Assembly (NCBI GenBank): GCA_964016885.1
Contig: OZ024740.1
Span: 235,662,001-235,726,000, forward strand
Direction of reading: 5' to 3'
DNA length: 64,000 nucleotides
From: Eledone cirrhosa
Lineage: Eukaryota
Position numbers and translations under genes: made by a program. Positions 12,694 through 25,869 of this stretch are shown here, one piece after another. The notes under the pieces are model-generated. The model did not search any database, was not told where the DNA came from, and was given only the letters and a program-made list of their open reading frames with translations. How positions within the stretch are numbered: the first letter of the stretch is position 1; each line of letters starts with the position of its first letter.

Positions 12694-13389
12694 TTAAACA
12701 TAATGTAACGTCCTCAAGTATTTTGTGCCATACCATACTGCCAGCCTTGGCCAAAATAGCCTCCATTCCTCCAAAGTGGCCAACCTCTGCAGTCTGCACA
12801 TCCTTATGCTATGTCACTCTCTATAATTCCTAAACAAGTCATAGACTCTATGTTGTCATTCAAACTACTAAAAATAGCAGTCAAAACTCCCTAAATTACA
12901 TGCTACAGTCTTAAATAAGGGAAAGAGGATATATTAGATAACTGAATCTTAGATATCCTATATTTCAATAAAAGATGGGTTGGTCATGTCTGAAACGTCT
13001 TTGATCATGGGTCTTCCACTTGATTTATTGATGGAATCAATAGAGTAGTACACTAGATGTCTTGCAGCATTTAATTGTATACCTTTACATTCTGAGTTCA
13101 AATCTTACTAGAGTCAATTTTATCTTTGAAAAAAAATAGATACCTGTTAAGAACTGGGATCAAATAAAGTGAGTATACTCTCCACTGTAAAATTTGTAGC
13201 ATTTCTGTTGTTGGGAGCCCCAGATTGACATATATGTTCAAAGGCATTCCAGCTTTGATCATCCTGCCTTTTGTTAGGATTATTTTGAATTCCATTATCT
13301 AATAGGCCCTTCCATTTTTCAAAGAAGTGTAATTGTATGCATATGATACACACACACACACATACACACATACACACACACACATTTGT

Positions 13390-13900
13390 TTATGAAGCAA
13401 GACGAAAAGAATCCATGCAGCTTCAAGCATTCTTTATTCACTCAATGATATTATAAGATTTGCACACTACATGTTTCATTACTTAAGGAAATGGCAATTC
13501 ATGGGAAATGATAGTTGTATATCATAAAAACCTGGATTATCAATAGTTTCTGTACTACAATCTGATCATAACAATTACAACTGCAACTGTTAGTCACAGT
13601 AGTTATGTAATATCTGCATACATTACAAAACTGGATGCTGCAATACTTGCTCTGCAGGTGATTGTCCGTCCACCTTAAACAGAAAACTTTGTCTATAATA
13701 ACACATCCAATTCCAGTCCCTGCCATCATTAAGTGTAGAAAATTCAAGTTTGTGGTGGCACATGACTTCCCATAGAGAAGATTGATCAAGTTGACCATTG
13801 TGAGGAAAAGGGGGTTTGTGGGAAATTCAAAAACTGAATTCTTGTCATAAGCTCTCAACCAGGCTAATACAGTTAGAAACAAAGACAGCTGCAAAACAAT
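13390..13900 (-). mobile_element. Probable Penelope-like terminal remnant with degenerate hammerhead motif
   Basis: Minus strand ...ATGA ATTGC-loop-GTAAT GAAAC ATGTA followed by AATAAA; the left boundary is uncertain. Confidence 0.4.
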
Positions 13901-13940
13901 TATATATATTGAATATATATAAATTGAATATATACACGCG

Positions 13941-14010
<70 letters not shown>

Positions 14011-14209
14011 ATACATATGTGTGTCTGTATGCACATATTCCGAGAGAGAGAGAAAGAAGAATTAACTTCAATACTTGACTGGTATTGTATTTATTGGACC
14101 CTGATATATGGAAGGCAAAGATGACAACGGCTGGGTTTAAACTCAGAATACAAAGAGCCAGGACAACTATTGCAAGACATTTGTCTGGTGCTCTAACAAT
14201 TCTACCAAT

Positions 14210-15870
14210 TCATGCACTGTACCTGATAATAGACACAGCTCAGGAATTTACTGCACTTATGACATTTCTACTATTCAGATGTGATTTTAGTATGTTCCTT
14301 ACACTCCAGATCTTATCATCTTCATTTTATTGTCCTTGATGTTATCTGCCTCCAGAATACCCACATACCCTGTATTCCTCTTTGGTGTTGATCTATTTTA
14401 CCCATTGGAACCCCAATTCCTTTGCTTCTTTTCAATTTACCTCTCCTCATCACTAGGACTCCACACTTATTAACACCAATTTCCATACATATATCATTGC
14501 TGAAAATACAGAGAGTTTTAGATCATTCATGAAGAGGAGGTGGTTGATGGTTAGCTCTCCATCCCCAGTTCGTATTTTGCCTTCACTGTTCACAATACAT
14601 GGGACAAGCGTATGAGGGTAAAGGACAAACAATAAAGAGGAGAGACTACCTCGTTGGAAGATACCTTGATTTTCGCTCTTCCCAAGGATTCTCCCCTTGA
14701 TGTTAGCTCTGCTTCCCAGATCTTCATGTTATTACTTAATAGCAGTTTGATGTTGTCCACTACCTTGAAGATTTTTCAGACACTTGGTTGTCCAAAAATG
14801 AAGAACCATGTTGAATGCCTTTTTGAATCTATCCATCCCATAGCAAAATCAATATGCTTCCTCTTGTAGTTCCTTATTATCATCTTGTCAATAAGTAACT
14901 GGCCTTTTATACCAGGGGACTTCTTTCAGCATCCTTTCTGTTCCTCCAGCTATAGATTGTTTATGTCGAGGTGGTGGCAGATTTTCTCAGACATAATGTT
15001 TGTTAACAATTTCTACATCAAGGACAGTCATGTGATAGGCCTATAGCTGGTAATGTCATTTCCCTTGGCTTAGTTGTTCATTATTAAAACTGTGGTACCT
15101 TTTGTCATCCACTGCAGTACTTCACCTGACACCGAACAGTCATTGAACATGGCTGTCACTATTGGGGCAAAATGTTATATTTTTAGTCCAATATCCTTGC
15201 ACACCGTCTGGGCCTGGTGATTTCCAGTTGGTTGATTTATTGGCCTGCTTTTTAAGGGTTTCAACTAAGATACTCAAAGCAGGGTGTTGGTGTGCTTGCT
15301 CATTAACCTCTTTTTTAACAGTCTCAATCCATTCTGCCCAACTATTGTGCTCAACATCCTGCTCCCATATCCCTCTCCTAAAGGTGTTGGTCTATTCAGC
15401 CTCAGGGATAGCATCATTGCCTCTTCCTCTCCCTTCTAGCTGTCCAAAAAGCATCTTTCAGTTGTTGTCGAACATGTGATATTCTCTATACTGGCTAACT
15501 TTGCCTTGATACCTTTTAATTTTTGCTCTTTTTGGCTATGACACGTTATTTTAGTTCCTCTATTATAACATTTAGCTCTTTTCTTTTTGTGTTGTATTTC
15601 CTTGTCAATCTATCCTTGGTATCTATATTTTGTAATGTCCTGTTTAATAAAGCTCAAGTTTCCCAATTATCTTTCTTATTTCCTTGATTTGACCATTCAA
15701 CCACTTCTTCTACTAAGGTTCTGTCCTTTCTCATCTGTTTTTCCTTGTTTTGATATCAAACAATTTTTTTCACCACATTTGCAGCTACTTTGAGGATGTT
15801 GTTACATTGTTGAAGATTCTTCACCTCATGGTACAGGACAATCCTGTTAACCTTAGCTGTCACCCCACCC
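14210..15870 (-). pseudogene. Decayed Dong/R4 LINE RT region, relative of the intact element
   Basis: Colinear with ~55520-57230 (shared CACCGTCTGGGCCTGGTGATTTCCAGTTGG and CATGAAGAGGAGGTG); many stops and indels. Confidence 0.9.
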
Positions 15871-16154
15871 CACCTTATTGTTATGGCTATAAAGTTTAAC
15901 TTAGCTAAAACAAAATACAAAAACAGTAACAACAACACTAGCAGCCCAAGTGACTTCAAAAAGTAGACACCAATCTATTTATAGACTGATGTTGCTGTAC
16001 TGGAAAAAAAAAAAAGGAACGATAACCACAAAAAAAAAAAAACCATCAAGCAATTACAATGACACCTATGTCACCACCACAACCCCAGAAGCATTTGAAA
16101 AAGATGATAAAAACCTCAGAACAATAAAAAAAAAATGATAATAATGATTTCATC

Positions 16155-16337
16155 ATTGGCAGTATCGGTAGAGGGTCGGACGCCATGCTTTCTAGCATAG
16201 TTACGTCCCTTTACAGTCTGAGTTCAAATCCCGCCGAGGTTAACTTTGCCTTTCATCCTTACGGGGTCGATAAAATAAAGTACCAGTAATGTACTGGGTA
16301 ATTGCTGGCCTTGTGCCTAAAGTAGAAACAATTATTA
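16155..16337 (+). mobile_element. SINE family A (young copy)
   Basis: Near-identical to 665-855. Confidence 0.9.
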
Positions 16338-16379
16338 CACAAGGCTCACATTAAGAATGGCACAAAGATCTTTAATGGT

Positions 16380-16478
16380 AATAATTGTTTCTACTTTTCG
16401 CTCAAGGTCAGCAATTATTATTGGTGCTTTATTTTGTCGACCCCCGTAAGGATGAAAGACAAAGTTAACCTCGGTGGA
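16380..16478 (-). mobile_element. SINE family A, 5'-truncated, inverted relative to the 16155 copy
   Basis: Reverse complement of the body and tail. Confidence 0.8.
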
Positions 16479-16734
16479 CACGTCATACGTGCCATATAAA
16501 CTGTCCCAAATCCAGTAATGGCGTCATGTTATAAACACTGGTGTTAGTGCAATCTTAAACTCATTAATCCACTTTATGAGTGCTTAAATGTTGAACCTAA
16601 ATAGTTCAAATAACGGTGAAAAGGAAGCTGGAACTTTATGTGAAGGACTCTCACTTGGCAAGTGCTCCCTAGCTCAGCAGCAGGGTTCTGATTATGTATC
16701 TATCGGTGTTTATTATTGTTATTATTATTATTAG

Positions 16735-17333
16735 AGCAGTAGAATGGCAGTATTAGTAGAGCATCAGACAACATGCCTTGCAGTATATAGTTATGCCTCT
16801 TTACATTCTGAGTTCAAATCCTGCCAAGGCTAGCTTTGTTTTTCATCTTAATGGGTTCGATAAAATAAAGCACCAGTAATGCACAGGGGTTGATTTAATC
16901 AGCTTCTCCATTTCCTTTAAATTGATTGCCTCATGCTGAAATCAGAAACCACGGAATTGATTTCTTTACAGAAATTTATTTGTTTTGGTTCTTTGCATTC
17001 CAATGTCACCATTGTCTTTTATCCTTTTAAGATTGATAAGATAAAGAACTAATGTTGTAAATTTACTTGACTGTACCCTCTCCTAAAATTTAACCTTGTT
17101 CTTAAATTTGGTACCACAAGGTTGGTGGATTGTTAGAACATCAGACAAAATGTCTTGTAGTATTTAGTTGCAGCTCTTTATATTTAGAATTCAAATCCCA
17201 CTGAGGTCAACATTGCTTTTCATTCTTGTGAGATTGATTAAATAAAGTATATCTCAAGTACTGGGGTCAATTTAATCAACTTCCCTTCCTTTCAAATTGC
17301 TGGCCTTGTGCCTAAATTAAAAACCATTATTAT
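16735..17333 (+). mobile_element. Cluster of 2-3 old family A-like SINEs
   Basis: Box B and body motifs at ~16810 and ~17190, fragment at ~17010. Confidence 0.7.
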
Positions 17334-18629
17334 TGATGCTACTGGCTAACAGGAAGAAAATAACAAAGTACACATCCCAATCATCCATTCCAGTCCTTCA
17401 TTTTTGTTACAATTACCATTAGAATATTTTCATCATCATCATTTAACGTCTATCTTTCCATGTTGGCAAACAAATAAATGCAATACCAAAGGAGATCAAC
17501 TAGGAACAACAAACTCCACAACACAGCAAATTATTTGTAGCAACACAGACACAAGAACTCAAGACTACATACTTAAGAAACATAATGAAAACTTGCCTGA
17601 AACAACTGAAATTGAAATCACAATAACAATAGCAACCACCAGTAGCAGCAGTAGCAGCAGCAGCACCACCACCAACACCACCACTACTACAATAATAATA
17701 ATTTCTTTTTTTATTTTATGTTTTTTTATAATAATAATAATCCCTCCCTAACTACTATTTCACAATGTTTTGTTTCTAGAAAGAATTGTTCTGTCATAGG
17801 ATTAATAAATGATTGTTAATAATTCAGGAAATCAAGTGTTCAATAATTAATATCTTTATTTCTTTTGTTAAAATGAAAATTAAACAAAAAACCAAACAAA
17901 TCTAAACAAACTATAAAGGTTTCAACAAATCATTTAAAATATAATAAAATAAAACAAACAAAATATATGAAATATAGAAGTTCATTAAATAAAAATTAAG
18001 TTAAAAAGAAAGTAATAAATCACAGAATGCATATTAAAGATCACAAATATACATATAAAAATATAGACAAAAATGTCTTTATGAAAGAAAATGGACAGTT
18101 TTATTATTTTAATTGAAATTTTGGATTTTAAATCTTCATTGATTTTTTTTTTTGACTCTGTTTTTTTTTTTTTTTTTTTAGATTTATATAGAATATTCAT
18201 AAGATCATATTGCTCTACTGAGATGCAGTCTACTTTTGGGTTGAAATATTAGCTTAGCCTGTCTACTCTAAACCTTAATTAATACCAAAATTGACAAATT
18301 CTGAAAATTGTTGTGAACATTTGATTGAAGAAGTCGATAATCGAATTACTTGTTGTCGAAATCTTCATTTGCATTCCTAATTACTTCCTTGTGTAGATTT
18401 TGCATGTAATAAATATTCTTTCACAGTTACTGCGCTGTATGCATATTCTGCAGAAATGGATGCTATGTTAGATTTGAATGTTTCATTTCTTACTCTTGAT
18501 ATTATTTAATCTCTTTATTTCCTTCGTCTGAAATGAAAACAGTCTAAGCACTCAATGTTTGCTTTATGTCTGTCTATATATCTCACATTTCCTTTCATAT
18601 ACAGACATATGTATCTATCTTGCATAGAT

Positions 18630-18704
<75 letters not shown>

Positions 18705-18728
18705 CTCTCTCTCTCTCTCTCTCTCTCC

Positions 18729-18788
<60 letters not shown>

Positions 18789-18806
18789 CCCCTCTCTCTC
18801 TCTCTC
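18630..18806. repeat. (CT)n microsatellite
   Basis: Read directly. Confidence 0.95.
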
Positions 18807-18941
18807 ATAACATAGGCTATGTCCCATGATGCTTTGCTATAAGTGTCGTAAGCTGTTCTTTGGACTGTGTGTATGTGTTTTCTTAACACGAGGGAAAATG
18901 TGTGAAGTAGTGGAGATAGATTGATAGAATATTTTTGAGAG

Positions 18942-18981
<40 letters not shown>

Positions 18982-19151
18982 AATGAAAGAGTATATGATA
19001 CTGAGATAGATAGAAAGGTTGTATATGTTATATGTATATATGTGTGTGTGTGTATAATGAGGCCTTATTAAATCATACTAATGGGGGCAGAAAGGTCTCT
19101 GTTTTTGCTAATTGTTTGAGTTCACTGAATGTTAGGGTTAATATTGTATAC

Positions 19152-19345
19152 AATAATAATTGTTTCTACTTTTGGCACAAGGCCAGCAATTACCCAGTGC
19201 ATTACTGGTACTTTATTTTATCGACCCCGTAAGGATGAAAGGCAAAATTAACCTCAACGGGATTTGAACTCAGACCGTAAAGGGACGTAACTATGATGGA
19301 AAGCATGGCGTCCGACCCTCTACCGATACTGCCAATCCACTGCCC
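19152..19345 (-). mobile_element. SINE family A with 19-bp TSD and 5' fold-back
   Basis: Reverse-complement copy; TATTGTATACAATAATAAT at 19142-19160 and 19388-19406. Confidence 0.9.
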
Positions 19346-19409
19346 TCTTTATTATTGTATAACTGCTAAGCCACACACTTTCATTATTATTGTATACAAT
19401 AATAATGAA

Positions 19410-19740
19410 AGTGTGTGGCTTAACAGTTAGAGCATTTACCTCACAATAATTAGGCTGTGAGTTTGATTCCCAGACCAGGTGGTGCTGTGTATCCTTGAGA
19501 AATGCATTTTATTTCACATTACTCACATTCACTCAGCTGATAAAATGAGCAGTGACATCACTGGTGCCAAGTTGTATTAGCCTTTGTCTCACCCTTGGAC
19601 AAACTCGATGAATAGGAAAGGAAAGACTTGTATGCATGAGCAACTGCTGGTCTTCTACAAAATCACCTTGCCTGGGATTGTATCTTTGAGGGGAACTTTC
19701 TAAGTGTAAACATGGTTATTCATGACTGAAAGGCACCTAC
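19410..19740 (+). mobile_element. Old CORE-like tRNA SINE
   Basis: GTGTGGCTTAA..GTTAGAGC head and ATCCTTGAG..ATGCATTTTATTTCACATT body. Confidence 0.65.
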
Positions 19741-20814
19741 TACTATATGCTATTAGAAATATACACACTGTACACTAAACATGACACTCAGTAACAAAAT
19801 TACAGAACATACTGTAAACATCTTATATCTATATAAAGATCTCTCTCTATATATATATATACCCCCTCTCATCTTACATCACCATTCTCATCACTTCCTT
19901 CCCAACCAGGCCAAGGACAATATGAGCATCCCAATGGTATGAGGTAATGCTGGTGATATGATAAAATACACAAGCCCACCCTAGGAAGTGGCAGTTCTGG
20001 TGCTATGATAGATATCTCCTGGTCCATCCTGTAATGTGGCAATGTTGGTGCCATGAAAATAAAATGCTCCTAGTACACACTGTAATGAATTTGGTAATAG
20101 GAAGAGTATCCAACCATAGAAATCAAGCCAAAAACAGAATGTATGAACAATATGTGATAACCTGACTGCAATAGTCTTAGAATGTGATGGCATATCTAAC
20201 CCACACACGGAAAATAGATGTTAAACAGTAATGATGATGTTTTTATTCTGCCTTGTCTTCTCTTTGTTAATTATTCTAATCGGTGATGAACATGTTCTTT
20301 CTCCTCCACTCCATCCAATAAATTCAATGGAATACAATTTTTAACACATCTTACTTTCTTCTTCTTACTTTTTCCTTCTTTTTTCTTCTTTTTACCTCTT
20401 TTTAACCTCCTTTTTTCAGTCTCACAAGACTATCATTGCTATAAAAAGTACAATACCTTCTCCTAGTTGTCACATAAAATTCTATGTGTGCATGTTGTGG
20501 CTTAATTGCTGTAAGGTATTGTTTTGTCTTGTCTTTTACTCCATGGACAGTGCTTTGGTTTGTTTGTCAGATGCTGTGACCTCAGGTGGACCAGCAGTAC
20601 TGTTGGTAAGAGTCAAAATTGCCAAAGTCCATCTCAACAGCTGAAGACTGTGGGGTTCTGTCTTTCATGGGCAAAAACGAAGAAGAAATAACTTAAAGGA
20701 TTTTTGATGGGTTGGGAAAATTGATTAATTAGTTACAAAGGGATGCTGCTAATATACTTGCAGCTAATATACTTGTCTTCCCATGACCTTTTAAGGTCTT
20801 GGGAAGACAAGTAT

Positions 20815-21600
20815 AGATATGTCATAACCAGAACTCTACTTCAGTTTCTAATCATTAACATTTTTTGTAGTTTCCTCTACAGATTTAAAAGTTAAGAAGG
20901 AAGTATTTTGTCTAAAAAATGCCAATAGCCATTTGAGGAGAAATTGAGCGCATTTGAAAAAATGTGTCCTATACTAGAAAAATATCTATTAAATTGTTCT
21001 GTGATTTATTCCAGATTTCCAATCTTTCTACCATCAACCATCAATAAAATAATCAGGGGATAAATTTCATTTTGATTTCATTTCGATTTCCTATTTAGAA
21101 CTTCATTGATTGTTTACCATATCTTTTTTATATTATTTTTATATTGGGAAAATAGGCTAGAGTAATGATTTCACATACATTCTCTAATAAGTCGATTGTA
21201 AGATTGAATATTTTATTTTAAAGATTTTTTCTTTGATTCTGAATTGCCAATCTGCAACTGTTCTATATACTTGTGATCTCTTTTTTTCCATTGAAACTAA
21301 AGTTCCATTCGTCATCCATAATTCTTTTCTATGTTTATATTTATTAAACTTAACTGTGTTTGATGGTGTTAGAAGATTTTAAAAAATTATCTCTGTGATA
21401 GTAGAAAAAAGATATGCGGTATTTACATTAACAGCATCAATATTCAATAGCTGCATCATATCTTTTTCTGCCTGCTTAGATTATAAACGGTCAACATCTA
21501 ATTTTGTTCCAATAGTCACATATTGATTTGCCTTAATTTTAATTCAAGCTTTATCAATTCAGCCATGTGTATCCCAGTTTTTAGAACTGATACATCATAT
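20815..21600 (-). mobile_element. Decayed CR1/L2-group LINE ORF2 remnant (EN-RT linker)
   Basis: Minus-strand W.TINEVLNRK...EQFNRYFSSIG motif typical of CR1/L2-group linkers. Confidence 0.55.
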
Positions 21601-21789
21601 TCCTGTGTGTCATAAGAGGCATCTAAAAAGGTTGGCATCAGGAAGGGCATCAGGTTGTAAATCACTGACTCAAAAAGTCCTGACCAATGCATACCAGAAT
21701 GGAAAAGTAGATGTAAAAATGCTGCTGCTGCTGAATATATGTATATCATCATCATCATTGTATAACATCCATTTTTCCATGCTTGCATG

Positions 21790-23048
21790 GGTTACATCAT
21801 CATGATGATCATGTCCGTTTTTACGTGCTTTCATGGGTTGGACAGGTCCTTCTCAGTATGGCACCTCTCCACTTTTCGCGATCCTTTGCCATCTACTCTA
21901 TGAGTCTCAGAGACTTGAGGTCAGCTCTCACAACCTCTGCCGAGGTCTTACTTGGTCTACCTCTACTGTGGCTTCTTTCCACTGACATTTCCTAGCACTC
22001 CTTCACCTAGCGATCATTGTCCATGCGCATCACATGTCCATACCAATGCAGTCTTCTCTCCTGCACCCCACCACAGTTCCCCATAAATTCAGCTTCTACC
22101 TCAGCTCGTCCAAACTGCCTTTCTCTCACATTCATATTGCACATCCAATGGAGCATGGTTGCTTCCTTTCTCTCCAGTCAACACATGTCCTCTGCAATCA
22201 CAGCCCATGTTTCACTATCATGCAGCATCCCACTTCACACACAGGCGTCATACAGTCATCCTTTTGTATATAGGGAGAAACCTTTTGTGGTCAACTGTGG
22301 GAGTAGCTCTCTAAACTTTTTTTTTTCCATCCTATCCTTATTTTAGCTCTCCAGAACACCTTCCTCTATTGCTAATTATGTTGCCTAGATAGCAGAAGCT
22401 ATCAATCACTTCTATGGGTCCTTCTTGTAACTGGAATAGGTATACATCACTGGCTCTCTTCCCCTTGGTTACCCCTGTGCATCTTCTACAAACAAAGTCT
22501 TCCCTTCCTGTTAGTCTACCCATTATCCCACTACATCTCTTGTGTACCCAATATTTATATTGTATACATTGTATAGAGTTTATGCCTACTCCCTTTTTAC
22601 ATATTGAGCAGAGTCACTCCCTGAAAGAATCAGGGTTCTATCTTCTCTCCTACTCACTAGCACTTTACTTTTGGCTAAGTTCACTCTTAGGCCCTTTGAT
22701 TCCAAATTCTGCTTCCACAGTTGGAACTTATTTTCTAGTTCTTTAATGGATTTAGTTATAAGGACCAGATCATCTACATAGAGAAGTTCCCATGGGCAAC
22801 CGGTCTTAATCTCCTCTCTTATAGCCTGGAGAACAGTAATGAGTGGGCTAAGAATCGAACTCTGAACTCCTATTTGTACCTTGAATTCTTCACTAAACTC
22901 ACTTTCTACTCTCACTTTGCTGACAGTTCCTCTGTACATGTGTTGCATTGATCTCACCAACCAGTCTTTTTCCCTTAATTTCCTTAAGGATCACTAGATA
23001 ATAGATCGAAGTACTCTGTCAAATTCTTTTTCTATATCAACAAAAGCT

Positions 23049-23053
<5 letters not shown>
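21790..23053 (-). pseudogene. Decayed RTE LINE (RT C-half, PHD-like insert, C-terminus, short 3'UTR)
   Basis: GCPWELLYVDDLVL, GLRVNLAKSKV and DSFCYLG motifs; frameshifts; ends at a (TA)n tract. Confidence 0.85.
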
Positions 23054-23092
<39 letters not shown>

Positions 23093-23336
23093 CTACTGCC
23101 TTTTGCACCGCTCCTCTTTCCCCTTAAAAATGTAGTGTCACACTGTTGTGGGACTATCAAGATGATAAAGACAAGTGCACTAATGTGGCAAAGAGAAGAC
23201 CCCAACCCCCTAGAGACTACTAGAACTTCAAATTATGGTGACATCCCCTCTAGTCAGTATTACATGCATATATATGTGTATATATCTATATGTATATATG
23301 TATGTTTTCTTTATATTTGAGGGTATGTTTATATGC

Positions 23337-23657
23337 ATCATCATCATCATCATCATCATTTTACGTCCGCTTTTCCCTGCTTGCAAGGGTGGGACGGGAA
23401 CTGATTCTGGCTTGATTTCTACAGCTGGATGCCCTTCCTAACACCAACCTCATTTACAGTGAGTGCTGGGTGCTTTTTTGCCGTGGCACCTCCACGACCA
23501 CTTTACAGTGGAATGATAGGGACGCCAGTCCCTATAATCTCATTTCTACAGCTGAGTAAACTGGAGCAATGTGAAATAAAGTGTCTTGCTCAGGGAAACA
23601 ACACATCACCCGGTCTGAGTATTGAACTCACAACCTTTCGATTGCAAGTCCAATGCT
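23337..23657 (-). mobile_element. SINE family B, 5'-truncated, followed by an inverted copy of its own 5' part
   Basis: Near-identical to 28407-28756; (CAT)n tail on the plus strand. Confidence 0.9.
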
Positions 23658-24091
23658 CGAAAGGTTGTGAGTTCAATACTCAGACCGGGTGATGTGTTGT
23701 TTCCCTGAGCAAGAGACTTTATTTCACATTGCATGTACAACGGTATCCATCTGTATATGGGTGTTTATATATGTGTATGTATGACTTTATCTAGGAAGTC
23801 TGTGTATATGTCTATATGTGGCTTAGTGGTTAGGGAGCTTGTATCATGATCATGTCATCAGTTTGATTCATGGTATCACATTGGATCCTTGAGCAAGATA
23901 CTTTATTTCACATTGCTCTAGTCAAATCAGCTGGCCAAAATGAGTTGTACCTGTATTTCAAAGAGCCAGCCTTGTTACATACTGTGTTATATTGAATTTC
24001 TCTGGAAATTATATTAAGAGTGTCTGTGGGATGCTCAGCTACTTCTTAATTTCTCAAGCAGATTATTTCAACAGAGGTCAATGCACACACG

Positions 24092-24217
<126 letters not shown>

Positions 24218-24352
24218 TAAGTCTGTAGTTATATGTGTTTGAGATGTTTGAGATGTATACATATAGATGTCTCATAAATACATATATCTGCTTTGAGTGA
24301 GAAAAAACCCCCAAACCCACCCTCAGCACACATCATCCACCCATCTTCTGAT

Positions 24353-24493
24353 TAATAATTGTTTCTACTTTTTGGCACAAGGCCAGCAATTATCCATTAC
24401 ATTACTGGTACTTTATTTTATCGACCCTCGTAAGGATGAAAAGCAAAATTAACCTCGGCGGGATTTGAACTCAGACCATAAAGGGACGTAACT
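24353..24493 (-). mobile_element. SINE family A, 5'-truncated
   Basis: Reverse complement of body, box B and tail. Confidence 0.85.
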
Positions 24494-24669
24494 AACAGTG
24501 GATATCAAAATACAACTAAGTCAGTCATTGGTTGAATGGACCAAATATACCAGAGACTCACCTCCAGATTAATCCTGAAATTTAATTTTTTCTTCAGTTT
24601 GTGACCAGAAGTAAAACAGAAGTAATTCTGTAAAACTAGTATATGAATATAGTACATTACTCACTGTAC

Positions 24670-24975
24670 CATCTGAAGTACTGAGCACTAGATTCTTAAT
24701 TATAGCTGGAGGGTGATTGGAATTTCTATGGATTGGCTTCCTATAAGGATTGTGTTTACCTGTCTTAAGATCTAACATAATATTTAGGAAATCAGGTTAA
24801 TGAAAATAGTAATTCTTTGAATTTGTCTATCAACTCTTTTTTTAATGTATCCATTGTATGGATGTTCATACTTACAAAACTGCTCATGGTGAGAGACATT
24901 TACTTTTTGACAGTTACAGTCCCATGAAGTCAACCATCTCCAACCTGTCAAAGCTTCCCATAAAGACATTGATAT
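24670..24975 (-). pseudogene. Penelope-like element RT remnant
   Basis: Across frames reads VFMGSFDRLEMVDFMGL and LDLKTGKHNPYRKP-IHRNSNHPPAIIKNL, matching PLE RT motifs (MGSYDGAE..LVG; Y.KP...SNHP..IIK). Confidence 0.75.
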
Positions 24976-25792
24976 AGATACAATGATGACTTCCTGGCAT
25001 TCATTACTATTCTGATACTGAGGTCATTGACCACAGCCAATTTCTTTTTAAAGTCTGAAGCTTTCAAGAGAAGGGTTTTCAATATGGATGTGTATCAAGT
25101 GCTGTTTTCTAAATTAGTTGTGTTATCAACTTGACGCTTTTCTCTCAAGTTTTGCTTTGTGTGTACACACACACACACACACAAAAACACAAACAAGTTA
25201 TAAACTTGATGACTCAAACTGTTGCACTAAACATACAACACTCTATCGGTAGTTGACCATACACTTACAACTAGGAGCCATTACAGCATATTATATTGTA
25301 GAACACAAAGCAAAACTTGAGAGAAAAGCGTCAAGTTGATAACACAACTAATTTATTTAGAATTTCACCAAAATAAAAATAAAATAGTTAGATAAGCTAT
25401 ACAAGCTTTATTAATAGTAAAATGAAAATGAAAAATTAATACAAAGATATTCTGGTGAGGAACCGAGAACAATAATAGTCACTGATTGCCAAAATAACTT
25501 TGAGATTAAAAACATTTTGTTAATTTGGTCATGATGATATCATCAGTAACAACATCAGTTTCAATTATTGTTGCTTATTATCAAAAGGCAATAACAAATG
25601 TCACTAACAATAACTTCATCCAAAAGATAAGACTGAGATGTTCTAGAAACATTGATGGACCAAAGGTCTTTATTGTTCCAAACTGAACAAAAAGGTCTGA
25701 TAAGAGTATATGAAAAAGATCAAACTTGTGCCCAATCTTGTTTTCAATATAACATCTTAGGAGTAAAGTTGTTCCCATATATACAAATATGG

Positions 25793-25869
<77 letters not shown>

